This document shows positions 8,322-20,500 of a stretch of 64,000 bases of DNA, one piece after another. Source of the stretch: an uncultured bacterium (GTDB lineage Bacteria; Acidobacteriota; Thermoanaerobaculia; Multivoradales; JAHZIX01). The position numbers and the translations under genes are program-made. The stretch spans positions 249,099 through 313,098 of the forward strand of contig CBDUPA010000005.1 in assembly GCA_965368975.1 (NCBI GenBank), given 5' to 3'. The stretch's first letter is position 1; each line of letters starts with the position of its first letter. The notes under the pieces were generated by a model, which worked only from the letters and a program-made list of their open reading frames with translations, was not told the origin of the DNA and ran no database searches.

Positions 8322-9853
8322 GGGTCTCTCCTCAGACTGGTGCTGCGGCCGCTCTGGCGCCAGTAGGATCGGTACGCGCCGGCACCCTCGGCGGGTACGG
8401 ACGCCAGTCGTTCGCTGTCTTCGGCGAAGGCCAGGGCGGCGGCGATGAAGGGCAGGTCGGGCAGGTCGTTGCACTCGGTGGGTTGCAACTCGCCAGCCGC
8501 CAGCTTGCGCTCGAGCATGTCGTTGTCGAGGTTGCCAGCCAGGAAGTCGGCGTCGTCGAGCAGTGCACGGTAGAGTGGGATGGTGGTGCGGATACCCTCG
8601 ACGCGCATCTCGGCGAGCGCCCGGCCCATGCGTTGCACGGCCTGCTGGCGGTCCTCGCCGAAGAAGATCAACTTGGCGAGCATCGGGTCGTAGTAAATCG
8701 GGACCTCGGCGCCTTCGTAGACGCCGGCATCGACGCGAACGCCCGGACCATCGGGCCAGCGCAGCATGCGGATCAGGCCCGGTGAAGGGGCAAAGCCGCG
8801 GTAGGCGTCCTCGGCGTAGAGGCGTAGCTCGATGGCGTGACCGCGCGGTTCGACATCGTCATACCGCGCGTCGAGAGCTTCGCCCCGGGCGACCGCCAGC
8901 TGTGCCGCCACCAGGTCGAGGCCGGTGACCATCTCGGTGATCGGGTGCTCGACCTGCAGGCGGGTGTTGACCTCGAGGAAGTAGAAGTCCTTGCCGTTGG
9001 CGTCGAGCAGGAACTCGACGGTGCCGGCATTGGTGTAGCCGACCGCGGCGGCGGCGCGCACGGCAGCTTCGCCCATCCGCTTGCGCAGGTCGGCATCGAC
9101 CACCGGCGACGGTGCTTCTTCGACCACCTTCTGGTGCCGGCGCTGCAGCGAGCACTCACGCTCGCCGAGCGAGACGATCTTGCCGTAATGGTCGCCCAGC
9201 ACCTGGATCTCGATGTGGCGCGGGCGGACGACGAACTTCTCCATGTAGACGGCGTCGTCGCCGAACGAGGCTTTGGCTTCCGAGCGCGCGGTGCGGAACG
9301 CCTTGGGCAGTTCCTCGGCCGAGGGCACCATGCGCATGCCCTTGCCGCCACCGCCGGCCGCCGCCTTGAGCATGACCGGGTAGCCGATCGTCTCGGCTGC
9401 AGCGACAGCGGCGTCGACGTCGGGCAGCGGGTCGCGGCCGCCGGGAACCACTGGAACGCCGGCGTCGATCATCATGCGGCGGCTCTCGACCTTCGAGCCC
9501 ATCGAGGCGATCGCCGACGGCGGTGGTCCGATGAAGATGACGTTCGCGTCGGCGCACATCTGGGCGAATTCGGCGTTCTCGGACAAGAAGCCGTAGCCGG
9601 GGTGGATGGCATCGGCGCCGATTTTCACCGCCAAGTCCACGATCGCCTGACCGCGCAGATACGACTCGCTCGAGGGCGCCGGCCCGATGCAATAGGCCTC
9701 GTCGGCCAGCAACACCGGCAGCGCTTCGCGGTCGGCTTCGGAGTACACCACCGCCGCGCGGATGCCCTGGTCGCGCAAGCCGCGCAGCACCCGCACCGCG
9801 ATCTCTCCGCGGTTGGCGATCAATACCTTCTGGATCGTTTTCGTCTCGCTCAT
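8312..9853 (-). CDS. accC: Biotin carboxylase subunit of acetyl/propionyl-CoA carboxylase
   Basis: KVLIANRGEIA, HPGYGFLSEN, GGGGKGMR, RECSLQRRHQK, FLEVNTRLQVEH, YYDPMLAKLI. Confidence 0.93.
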   Translation of the reverse strand: MSETKTIQKVLIANRGEIAVRVLRGLRDQGIRAAVVYSEADREALPVLLADEAYCIGPAPSSESYLRGQAIVDLAVKIGADAIHPGYGFLSENAEFAQMCADANVIFIGPPPSAIASMGSKVESRRMMIDAGVPVVPGGRDPLPDVDAAVAAAETIGYPVMLKAAAGGGGKGMRMVPSAEELPKAFRTARSEAKASFGDDAVYMEKFVVRPRHIEIQVLGDHYGKIVSLGERECSLQRRHQKVVEEAPSPVVDADLRKRMGEAAVRAAAAVGYTNAGTVEFLLDANGKDFYFLEVNTRLQVEHPITEMVTGLDLVAAQLAVARGEALDARYDDVEPRGHAIELRLYAEDAYRGFAPSPGLIRMLRWPDGPGVRVDAGVYEGAEVPIYYDPMLAKLIFFGEDRQQAVQRMGRALAEMRVEGIRTTIPLYRALLDDADFLAGNLDNDMLERKLAAGELQPTECNDLPDLPFIAAALAFAEDSERLASVPAEGAGAYRSYWRQSGRSTSLRRDPWS

Positions 9854-9854
9854 G

Positions 9855-9885
9855 GGACCGCCGATGTTAGCACCATCGGCGGTCC
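9855..9885. promoter_or_regulatory. Perfect 12-bp inverted repeat abutting the accC start codon
   Basis: GGACCGCCGATG-ttagcac-CATCGGCGGTCC; 1 nt from the accC ATG and 13 nt downstream of the small peptide stop. Confidence 0.6.
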
Positions 9886-9898
9886 TCCGGACTCCGAG

Positions 9899-10033
9899 TC
9901 AGTCGGTCTCGTTGCAGGTACCAATACGCCGTGTCGGAAGTCCGCCCGCGGCTTCGGTCAACTCTTGTTCGGCCAGTTGCTGCAGGGTTTCGCGCTTGAG
10001 TTCGAGCTTCAGTTTGTGCTTCGCGAGTTTCAT
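9899..10033 (-). CDS. 44-aa double-glycine-leader RiPP precursor-like peptide (not in the ORF track)
   Basis: Hand translation: MKLAKHKLKLELKRETLQQLAEQELTEAAGG-LPTRRIGTCNETD*. Strong AAGGAG RBS 7 nt upstream; KLxLxRETLxxL and ELxxAAGG leader motifs. Confidence 0.8.
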   Translation of the reverse strand: MKLAKHKLKLELKRETLQQLAEQELTEAAGGLPTRRIGTCNETD

Positions 10034-10125
10034 GCATCTTCTCCTTTATAGCAGGTTAGGGGGGCGATGGTTGGAAGATACCATCGTGCGGAGCACCTTG
10101 GTATCCTGCCTGGATGCACGATCCA

Positions 10126-11391
10126 ATGCTCGATCTCGATTATGTCCGTGGACAATTCCCAACCCTGAGTGCCCACCCTGACTGGTCCTTCATGGACAAC
10201 GCCGGTGGCAGTCTACCGCTGCGCGGTGTGATCGACGGTGTGGCGGACTGCTTGGCTCGCTGGCCGGTGCAACTGGGTGCCAGCTACGAGGTCAGTGCCG
10301 AAGCGACACGGCGCTTTGCCGAGGCGCATGCGACGATGGAAGCGTGGATTGGTGCCGCGCCGGGATCTGTCGTTCTCGGCCCGTCGACGACGCGCAACCT
10401 GCACATGCTCGCGGCGGCGCTACGGCCGCTGTGGCGAGAGGGTGACGAGGTGATCGTCACCAACCTGGACCACGAGGCCAACATCGGGCCCTGGCGGCGC
10501 CTGGCGGCGACGGGGATTGTGGTCAGGGAATGGCGTGTGCATCCCGAGTCCGCGCGCTTGGAGCTCGACGACCTCGACGCCCTGCTCAGCGAGCGCACAC
10601 GCCTGGTCGCCTTGACGCATTGCTCCAATATCGTCGGTGAGATTGTCGACATCGCCGAGGTCGCGCGCCGGGTGCACCAGGCGGGGCCGTCGGGGGATGG
10701 TGTCTCGGAAGATGGGGTGATGGCTGGTGCGAAGGTGTGCGTTGACGGGGTCGCCTACGCGCCACACCGTTGCCTTGATGTGACCGTTTGGGACGTCGAC
10801 TTCTACGCCTTCTCTCTGTACAAGACCTACGGCCCGCACCTGGCGCTGCTCTACGGCAAACCCGAGCTGCTGCGCGCGGCACGCAACCAGAATCACTTCT
10901 TCTACGAGGAAGACCAGGTGCCGGGCAAGTTCGAGCCGGGCAATGTGAGCCACGAGCTGGTGGCGGCGTTGCCGGCGATCCCGCACTACTTCGAACAGCT
11001 GGCGTCACGGCATGGACTCGCCGGAGCCGGCGGCGCCGACACGCTGATTCGCAAGCACGAAGCACAGCTGGCGTCGAGGCTGCTCGACTTTCTGACGTCG
11101 AGGTCCAATGTGCGCGTCCTCGGCCCGACGACAGCCGATCCGGACGTCCGAGTGCCGACCCTTGCCTTCCTCCTCGAGGATGCTGCGGGTAGAGCGAGGA
11201 AGTCGAGCGACATCCCGCCGCTGCTCGACCGCGAGCACATCGCTATCCGCTGGGGTGATTTCTACGCCCGCCGCCTGATGCAGGATCTGGGCTTGCTCGA
11301 GCAGGATGGTGTGGTGCGCGTCAGTCTGGTGCACTACAACACGCTGGACGAGGTGGACCGTCTCGTCGAGGTGCTGGAGCGGGTGCTGTAG
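10126..11391 (+). CDS. Class V PLP-dependent enzyme (cysteine-desulfurase-like, lacking the SufS/IscS catalytic Cys)
   Basis: VRGQFP.L, FMDNAGGS, LDHEANI.PW, VDGVAYAPH, FSLYKTYGP (PLP Lys), VRVSLVHYNT. IRWGDFYA replaces SufS RAGHHCA. Start 10126 or 10114. Confidence 0.85.
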   Translation: MLDLDYVRGQFPTLSAHPDWSFMDNAGGSLPLRGVIDGVADCLARWPVQLGASYEVSAEATRRFAEAHATMEAWIGAAPGSVVLGPSTTRNLHMLAAALRPLWREGDEVIVTNLDHEANIGPWRRLAATGIVVREWRVHPESARLELDDLDALLSERTRLVALTHCSNIVGEIVDIAEVARRVHQAGPSGDGVSEDGVMAGAKVCVDGVAYAPHRCLDVTVWDVDFYAFSLYKTYGPHLALLYGKPELLRAARNQNHFFYEEDQVPGKFEPGNVSHELVAALPAIPHYFEQLASRHGLAGAGGADTLIRKHEAQLASRLLDFLTSRSNVRVLGPTTADPDVRVPTLAFLLEDAAGRARKSSDIPPLLDREHIAIRWGDFYARRLMQDLGLLEQDGVVRVSLVHYNTLDEVDRLVEVLERVL

Positions 11392-11595
11392 CTGGCTCTC
11401 CAGGGCACTGGCAGACCGTTGCGTTCATGATAGTTTGGGGCGGTCTATGCCGGCGGCGTCCGGGTTGCTTCCCAAGACTCCAGTCCCGGTTCTGCGGTTG
11501 GGCTGCACAAGCCATGGTAGAGCGTTCCGGACTCTTCAATGAGTTCGTCTTGTTTTGCTTTGATCTCTGATTACCCTTGAGGAGAGCAGACTTCT

Positions 11596-14500
11596 ATGGA
11601 GTTCGCGACCCTGCTCGACGTCCTGCGGGCGCGAGCTGATTCCTATTCGCAGCAGGAAGCATTTGTATTCCTCGCCGATGGTGAGGAGGTCGGTGAACGG
11701 CTCACCTTCGGGCAGCTGGACCGCGACGCGCGTGCACTCGGGCACCGGATGCGCGCACACGTCGGTGGTGGGCTGGCCGGGGAGCGTGTGCTCCTGGTGT
11801 ATCCACCGGGGCTGGATTTCATCCGCGCCTACATGGCTTGCTTCTACGCCGGGGCCGTCGCGGTGCCGGCGTATCCGCCGCGCTTCAACCGGCCGCAGCC
11901 GCGACTGCGCTCGATCCTGCGCGACGCGCGACCGAAGCTGGCACTGACGGTCGACAGTATCGCGCGCCGCGTCGACGCGCTGGCGCGTCACGTGCCGGAG
12001 GCTGCCGCGCTGGAGTGGTGGTCGACGGACGACGGCTGGCTGCAGGGCGCCGACGCGGACGCCGCCGCGCAGAGCTGGGTGCATCCCGATCTGGGGGCCG
12101 GTGATCTGGCGTTCCTGCAGTACACGTCGGGCTCGACGTCGCTGCCCAAGGGCGTCATGGTCAGCCATGGCAACCTGATCCACAATGAGACGCTGATCCG
12201 TACCGCCTTCGGCCACGACGCTCTTGGTGAAGGGCCGGCCGGTGAGGGGACGGCGACGCGCGTGGTCAGCTGGCTGCCTCTGTACCACGATATGGGCCTG
12301 ATCGGCGGCATCCTGCAACCGCTGTTTCTTGGCACCACGTGCGTGCTGATGGCGCCGATGTCGTTCCTGCAGAAGCCGCTGCGCTGGCTGCAGGCGATCA
12401 GCGACTGGGGCTCGAAGCTGGATCTGGACACGACGTCCGGTGGTCCCAACTTCGCCTACGAGTTGGTGGCGCGACGCGCGACCGCGGAGGACCTGCAGGG
12501 ACTCGACCTGTCGCGTTGGCGCGTGGCGTTCAACGGCTCCGAGCCGGTGCGCGCGTCGACGCTGCGCCGTTTCGCCGAGGTCTTCGAGCCCTGTGGGTTC
12601 GACCCCAAGGCCTTCTTCCCGTGCTACGGCCTGGCCGAGACGACGCTGTTCGTCACTGGCGGTGTGCCGGAGCGGGGGCCGGGTGGACAGGGTGCGGTGA
12701 TCGAGAGTTTCGACGACGTCGAGCTGGGCAAGGATCGGGCGGTCGAACTGGCGGAGGCCGAAGGTGGACGGCCGCTGGTCGGCTCAGGGCGGACCTGGCT
12801 GGATCTGGATGTCGCTATCGTCGAGCCGGACAGTCGGCGCCGAGCGGCACCGGGCACCGTGGGGGAGATCTGGGTTCACGGACCGAGTGTGGCGCAGGGG
12901 TACTGGGCCAACCCGGAGCGGACGCGCAACGACTTCCACGCCACCATTGTGGGTGAGGACGCGACCCGGCACTATCTGCGCACCGGCGATCTGGGCTTCT
13001 TGCATGCCGCGAGCCACGGCCGTGCCGGTGCCCAGCTCTATGTTACGGGTCGTTTGAAGGACCTGATCATCCTGCGCGGGCGCAACTACTACCCGCAGGA
13101 TATCGAGCTCACCCTCGACGACGCACACCCGGCGATCCGTGCCGGCTGCGGTGCCGCCTTTGCGCTCGAGGTCGAGGGCGAGGAGCGGCTGGTGGTGGTG
13201 CAGGAGCTGGAGCGACGGCAGGAAGCCGACGCCGATGGCGCACTGGAAGCGGTGCGTCACGCGGTGTCTGAGGCGCACGAGCTGGCCGTCTACGAGGTGG
13301 TGCTGCTGCGCGCCGGCACGCTGCCCAAGACCACCAGCGGCAAGATTCAGCGCCACGCCGCCCGCCGTGGATACCTGGAGGAGTCCCTGCACATCATCGC
13401 CAGGAGTGGTGCCGCGGAGGCGAGTAACGCTGTCTCGCATGGCAGTGGCGATGTCCAGTGGGAGGCGCTGAGTCGCCAGGCTCTCGACGGTCTCGATCTC
13501 GACGCCCAGCGTCAGCTACTGGAAACGTACCTCGTGCACGCGGCGGCGCGCGCCTGCGGCCTCAAGGCCGAGCAGGTGACGACGGATCTGCCTCTGCCGC
13601 GCCTGGGGCTCGACTCGTTGGCGGCGGTCGAGCTGCAGCACCGTGTCGAGGGTGATCTGGAGTTGGAACTCGAACTGGCGCCGCTGCTCGAAGGCGTGAC
13701 GCTGGGCGAACTGGCGTTGCGCCTGGCCAAGCAGGCGGCGCGGCCAAGGACGGCGACCGCGGCCGCCGCCGAGGTCGAGATGGAAGTGCCGGCGGAGACG
13801 GCGTCGCAGGGGCAGCGTTCTCTGTGGTTTTTGCAGCGTTTGGCGCCCGAGAGCGGCGCCTACCACATCGCGGCGGCGGCACGCCTGGTGGCCAATCCCG
13901 CGGGTGCCGGCTTTGGTGGTGTCGACCTCGATACGGCCGCCTTGCGCTGCGCTCTGGCGGCTCTGGCGTTGCGCCACGGCGAACTGCGTGCCAGCTTCCC
14001 GGGTGTCGATGGCGAGCCGCGCCGACGCCGGCACGAGGACCTGGTGCCGGAGCTGCTAGAAGAACCGGTCGCCGCGGCCCAACTGGTCGATCTGGCGGCG
14101 CGCCTGGCCCTGCTGCAGGAGTGCGTCAGTCGCCCCTTCGACCTCGAGCGCGGTCCTTTGCTACGCCTCTTTGTTCTTCGGCCGCAGGCCGCGACGAACC
14201 AGGTCGAAGAGAGCCAGGCAGCGATCGCGCTGCTGGTCGTCCACCATCTGATCGCCGACTTCTGGTCGCTCGGTGTGCTGGCACGCGAGCTCGACATCTT
14301 GTACCGGCACGCGCTGGAAACCCCGGAGCGTTCGGCGGCTGACCTCGCCGCTGTGCTGGCACCGCTGCCGGCGAGCTACGACGATCACGTGCGCTGGCAG
14401 GCGCAGTTGCTGGCGGGGGCCAAAGGCGAGGCGCAGCTGCGTTACTGGCGGCAGCAGCTCGACGGTCTGCCCGTCCTCGACTTGCCAACCGACCGTCCGC

Positions 14501-17500
14501 GGCCGGTGGTGCAGAGCTGGGCTGGCGACACGCGGCCCATGCGGCTCGGGTCGGCACTGTCCGAGCGCCTGCACAGTTTCTCGCGCGACCGCGGAACGAC
14601 TCTCTTCGTCACTCTCTTGACCGCCTGGCAGTCGCTGCTCAGTCGCTTGTCGGGGCAGCACGACATCGTGGTCGGAGCCCCGACGGCTGGTCGCCGTCAA
14701 GCCGAGCTGGCGGGGGTTGTTGGCTACTTTGTCAATCCGGTGGCGCTGCGCGCCGACCTGCGGCCGCCACGCCAGACGAACGGCACGCCCAACGGGGCCC
14801 CTCCGGGCACTTTGTCCTTCGGTGAGCTGGTGCGCGAGGGCCACGTGCGTTTGCTCGAAGCCTTCGCCAACGCCGACTATCCGCTGGCCTTGCTCGCAGA
14901 ACACCTGCAGCCGCAGCGCGACCCGGCCCGACCACCACTGTTCCAGGTCATGTTCGTGTTGCAGCGGGCGCAAAAGCCGGAGGAGCAACCGCTCGGTGCC
15001 TTCGCGCTCGGTCTGCCGGGCGGCCGGCTGCGCCTGGGCCCGTCGGAAGTCGAATCGCTGGCCTGGCGCGAGCCGTACACGCCCTTCGACCTGGTGTTGC
15101 GCAGCGCCGACCTGGTCGATCCCGAGGGGCACCGCCAGCTCGGCGTGTCGCTGCAGTTCAATCGCGACCTCTTCGATGGCACCACGATCGAGCGCTGGCT
15201 GCGCCTGTGGCGGCGTTTCCTGGTGGCTGCTGCTGCCGAGCCGTCGCGGCCAGTAGAGAGTCTGAACCTGCTGTCGCCCACCGAGCGTCACCAGCTGTTC
15301 ACCGAATGGACCGACACTGGCGCACCCTACCCACGGAACGCCAGCGTGCCGGCACGTCTGGCCGAGGTTGCCGCGGTGCGGCCCGAGACGGTAGCGGTGG
15401 TCGGTGGGCGTATGCACTTGAGCTACGGCGAGTTGGTGCGTCGTGCCAGTGGTCTGGCTGGCGAGTTGCAGCGACGCGGTGTGCGTCCCAGCAACCTGGT
15501 GGCGGTCTCCACCGAACGTACGGCCGACCGCGTCGTCGCTCTGGTGGCGATCCTGTGGAGTGGTGCCGCGTACCTGCCACTCGACGCCCGCCTACCCGCC
15601 GCGCGCCTGAACCTGCTGTTGCGCGACGCCCGCCCGGTGTTGTGCCTCGCCGACGCCCGCTCGCGCGCCGTCTGGCCCCGCGAGGAGATCACCGAGGATG
15701 TCGAAGCGGCGGACCTCGAAGCCCTCATCACCGGCAGCCAGGGTGCCGAGACCGCGGGTACGAGCCTGCAGCAGGCCGTCGGGGGTATCCGGGCCGACGC
15801 CGAGCAACTGGCCTATGTCCTTTACACCTCCGGTTCCACCGGCACCCCCAAGGGTGTCGCGGTAGCGCACCGGTCGATCTTGCGCCTGGTCACGGCGTCC
15901 CTGGGCGGCGACGCCAACTATATGGACTTCACGCCGCACGACACCTTCCTGCAGCTGTCGTCGCTGTCCTTCGACACCTCGACGTTCGAACTCTGGGGCT
16001 CCTTGCTCAGCGGCTCGCGCCTGGTCATGCTGCCTGGCCATGGTGCACCGGTGCTGACCGAGCTGCGCCGCGAATTGACGCAGCAGCAGGTCAGCGCCCT
16101 GTGGCTCACCGCGGGTCTGTTCCACCAAGTGATCGAGGAAGACGTCGCGATGCTCGCCCGCCTGCGTGTGCTGATGTCGGGTGGCGACGTGCTGTCACCG
16201 CCTCACCTGCGCCGCCTGCTGGCCGCCTTCCCTGGCCTGCGCATGGTCAACGGCTATGGCCCGACCGAAAATACGACGTACACCAGTTGCCACGTGATGA
16301 CGGGGGGCCCCGAGGCCATTCCGCCGGGGTCGGTGCCGATCGGTCGCCCGGTGGCCGCGACCACGGCGGTGGTGGTCGATCACGCCGGCCGTCCGGTGCC
16401 CCTGGGCGTTGCTGGCGAGTTGTGGACCGGTGGCGACGGTGTGGCGGTCGGGTACTACGCGCGACCGGCCCAGACGGCTTCGGTGTTCGTGCCGGATCCC
16501 TTCGGCGCCTCGGTGGCAGTTCCCTCCCAGGGCACCCACAGCGGGGTGCCCCTACAGGCGGGATCTCTGGCGCCCGACGGCGGGGCCCGTCTCTACCGTA
16601 CCGGTGACCTGGTGCGCTGGCGTGCCGACGGCGTGCTGCAGTTCTTCGGCCGCATCGACCGCCAGGTAAAGATTCGTGGTTTCCGCATCGAGCCGGGCGA
16701 GATCGAAGCGGCGCTGAGCCAGCATCCGGCGGTGCGCGAGGCGGCGGTGGTGGTGCTGCGACCCTCTGGCGGCGCCATTCTTGTTGGTTGCCTCGTGTTG
16801 GAAGACTCGGAACTGGAGAATGGCCAGCAGCTCGCGGACGGTGATCTGCGCGAGCACCTGGGAGGGCGCCTGCCCGAGTACATGGTGCCGTCGCGCTTCG
16901 CTTACTTCGATGTTCTGCCGCTCAACACCAGTGGCAAGGTGGATCGCAACGAGCTGGCCCGCCGTCTGCCCGCGCTGCTCGCCGAGCAGGCCCCGGCAGA
17001 GGGGGATGCACCGCGCACCCCGACCGAGAAGCTGATCGCCGAGCTGATGGCGGAGTTGCTGGAGCACGGCACCGGCGGGGCCACGCTGGGCCGTGACGTC
17101 GACTTCTTCGCCCTCGGCGGTCACTCGCTGATGGCCACGCGCCTGATTTCCCGCCTGCACGCCGCGCTCGGCGTCGAGATTCCGCTGCGCCTGCTGTTCG
17201 AGGCTCCGACGCCGGCTCGTCTCGGCACTGCCGTCGACGCGCAGGTGAAAGCGCAGGGCGGTAGCGTCCTGCCAGCGCTCGAACCGGTGGCGCGACCCGA
17301 GCGGCCCGCGCTGTCGCCGGCCCAACATCGCCTGTGGCTGCTCGACCGTCTGCACCCGGGCAGTCCCGCCTACAACATTCCCGGGCGCCTGCACCTACGC
17401 GCCGAGTCGACCGTGGCCGGGCGGAGCTCTGGCGGGCTGGATGTCGAGAAGCTGGAAGCGGCTCTGCGTCAGATCGTCGAACGCCACGAGGTCCTGCGTA

Positions 17501-20500
17501 CCGTGTACCCGACGGGTGACGACGGCGAACCCTGGCAGCAGATCCAGCCGCGCGTCGAGACCGCGCTGCCGGTGCTCGACCTGAGCCACCTCGCTGCGGC
17601 TGATCAGCAGCGCGAAGCCGGACGGCTGGCGCGACAGGAGGCGCTACGGGCCTTTGATTTGGTCGCGGGACCGGTGGTGCGGTGGCTGTTGGTGCGGCAA
17701 GACGCGGTGGGGCAGGATCTCCTGCTGACGCTCCACCACATCGCGGGTGACGGCTGGTCGCTGGGCGTGCTCGTACGCGAGCTGGAAGCGCTCTATCGGG
17801 GCGACGACCTGCCGCCGCTGCCGGTGCAATACGTCGACTTTGCCGCCTGGCAGCTGGATTGGCTGCAAACCGGCGCAGCGGTGGCGCGCGACCTGGCCTG
17901 GTGGCGCGACGAGCTGGCTGGTGTCGAGGCGCTGCCGCTGCCCACGGATCATCCACGACCGGCGACGCCGAGCTATCGTGGCGGCGCCGTGCCGATCGCG
18001 CTGGATAGCGAGCGGGGAGGGGCTGCTAGTGCTCGCCTCGACGCCTTCGCGCGGGAGCGCGGCGTGACTGCCTTCATGGTGCTCAGTGCCGTCCTGCAAG
18101 TCTTGCTCGGCCGGCTGGCCAACCAGGCGGACGTGCCGCTGGGGACGCCGGTGGCGGGTCGTGCGCATCCGCGGACCGAGAGCCTGATTGGTTTCTTCGT
18201 CAACACCCTGGTGCTGCGCGCCGACCTGGGCGGGGATCCGACCTTCGGCTCGTTGCTGGAGCAGGTGCGACGGTCGACGCTGGATGCGCTGGCGCACCAG
18301 GCGGTGCCCTTCGAGCAGCTGGTCAATGAACTGACGGGTACGGCAGCGTCGCGGCGCGATCTGGCACAGACACCTCTCTTCCAGGTCATGCTGGCGCTCA
18401 ACAACGCGCCGTTCCGCGCGCCTGTGCTGCCGGGCCTGGACGTCGAGGCGAGTGCCGTCGAGGCAGCAACGCAGAAGTTCGACCTGACGCTGTCGCTGGC
18501 CGAGACGCCCGGGGGTGGGCTGCGCGGCGCTCTGGGCTATGCCAGTGACCTCTTCGAGCGCACCACTGCCGAGCGCTGGGCCGCTCATTTCCAGCGTCTG
18601 CTGGCGGCCGCCCTGGCGCATCCGGAAACCCGTCTTTCCGAGCTGCTGATGCTGAGCGACAGCGAGCGCCGCGAGATCCTGAGCTGGTCCGCCGAGGCGT
18701 CGACCGCGGACGTACCGGCCGAAGACGTACCCGCCGCCGAGAACGCGACCGTGCCGGCGTGGATTGCCGCCCAGGCCGTGCTGACGTCGGAGGCTCCGGC
18801 CGTGCGCTTGGTGGGTGGGGACGCGGTGCTGAGCTACGCCGAGCTGGACGCGCGCGCCGCGGCGCTGGGGGCTCGTTTGCGCGCCTTGGGTGCCGGTCCT
18901 GAGAGCGTCATCGCGGTGCTGGCCGAACGGGTGCCGGCGGCCCTGGTGGCGTTCCTGGGGGTGTGGAAGGCCGGTGCCGCGTTTCTGCCGCTCGATCCGG
19001 CGGACCCCCACGAGCGGTTGCGCTTCGTGCTGCACGACGCCGCGCCGCTGGCGCTGGTGGCGGCGGGGGATGTCGCCGAGATCCTGGCGGCCCTGGAGAG
19101 TGAGGTGCCCGTCGTCGAGATCGAATCCGAGGTCGGGGCTCCCCACGGTGGAGGCTCTCCGGACGCCTCCGCCCAGGACGGTTCCTCTGCGCTGATCGAA
19201 CGGGATCACCTGGCCTACGTCCTCTACACCTCGGGTTCGACCGGTCGACCCAAGGGAGCGGGCATCCACCACGGTGCCCTGGCCGACTACATGGCGTGGG
19301 CGAAACGCGAGCTGCTGGAGGGTGTTACGGCGATTCCGGCGACCACGCGCTTCAGCTTCGACGCGGCGTGGAAGCAGCTCTTCGGGCCGCTGCTCGGCGG
19401 TGGCTGTGTGCGTCTATGGCCGTCCGAGCTGGTGCAGGACCCGCCGCGCGCGCTCCAGGCGCTGGCGAACGGCACCGACACCGTGGCTTTCAATGGCGTT
19501 CCGTCGTTGTGGCGAGCGCTCCTGCTGGCCGCCGAAGCCGGCGACGGTCCGGTGCCGACACACCTGCGGCGTCTGCTGTTGGGTGGCGCAGCGTTGCCGA
19601 TCGAGTTGGTGCGCCGCACCCACGCTTTGCTGCCCGGAGTCGACATCGTCAACCTCTACGGGCCGACCGAGACGACGGCGAATGCGTCGGCGTCGAGAGT
19701 GACGGCCGATGCTCGCTCGGTGACCCTCGGTCGCCCCGCCGCGCGCCTGCGTCTCCACGTACTGCGCCTCGCCGGTGCGGCCGTGCCGCTGGCCGAGCCG
19801 CTGCCGGAGGGTGTGCCAGGTGAGCTGTGCATCGGTGGCTCAGGCGTTGCCCGAGGCTATCTGGGTCGCCCTGGCCTGACGGCCGCGCGCTTTGTGCCGG
19901 ACCCGTTTGTGGGCACTGGATCCCGGCTCTACCGTACCGGTGATCTGGTCCGCTGGCGCTGCCGCTCCGAAGACCAACACGCCAGTGGAGGCCCCGCCGA
20001 ACCGGAGTTCCTTGGCCGTCTCGACCACCAGGTCAAGATCCGCGGACTGCGCCTGGAGTTGGGCGAGATCGAAGCCCAGCTGCAATCGCACCCGGCGGTG
20101 CGTGCGGTGGTGGCACTGGTGGCCCGACGCGAAGAGGGCAGTTCGGACCAGTTGGTCGCCTTCGTCGAGGCGCCGGAGCTGGCGGCACGACCGCCGCAGC
20201 AGATCGACGCCGAGGCCGCTGTACTGCGCGACTTCCTGCGCGGCCGTGTACCGGAAGCGGCGGTCCCGTCGGCGCTGTGGATTGTCGATGCCCTGCCGCG
20301 TCTGGCGGGAGGTGCCGGTGGCAAGGTCGACCGCCGAACGCTGGCGGCCGAGGCGCCGTCGCGCCTGGCTGAGACGACGGCGGCGATCCAGACGCACGAA
20401 CTGAGCCCGGCTGAGCAGATCCTGGCCGGAATCTTCGCCGAGGTGTTGGGCGTACCCGTCGAGAGTGTTGGAGCTCGGGACGATTTCTTCGAGCTCGGCG

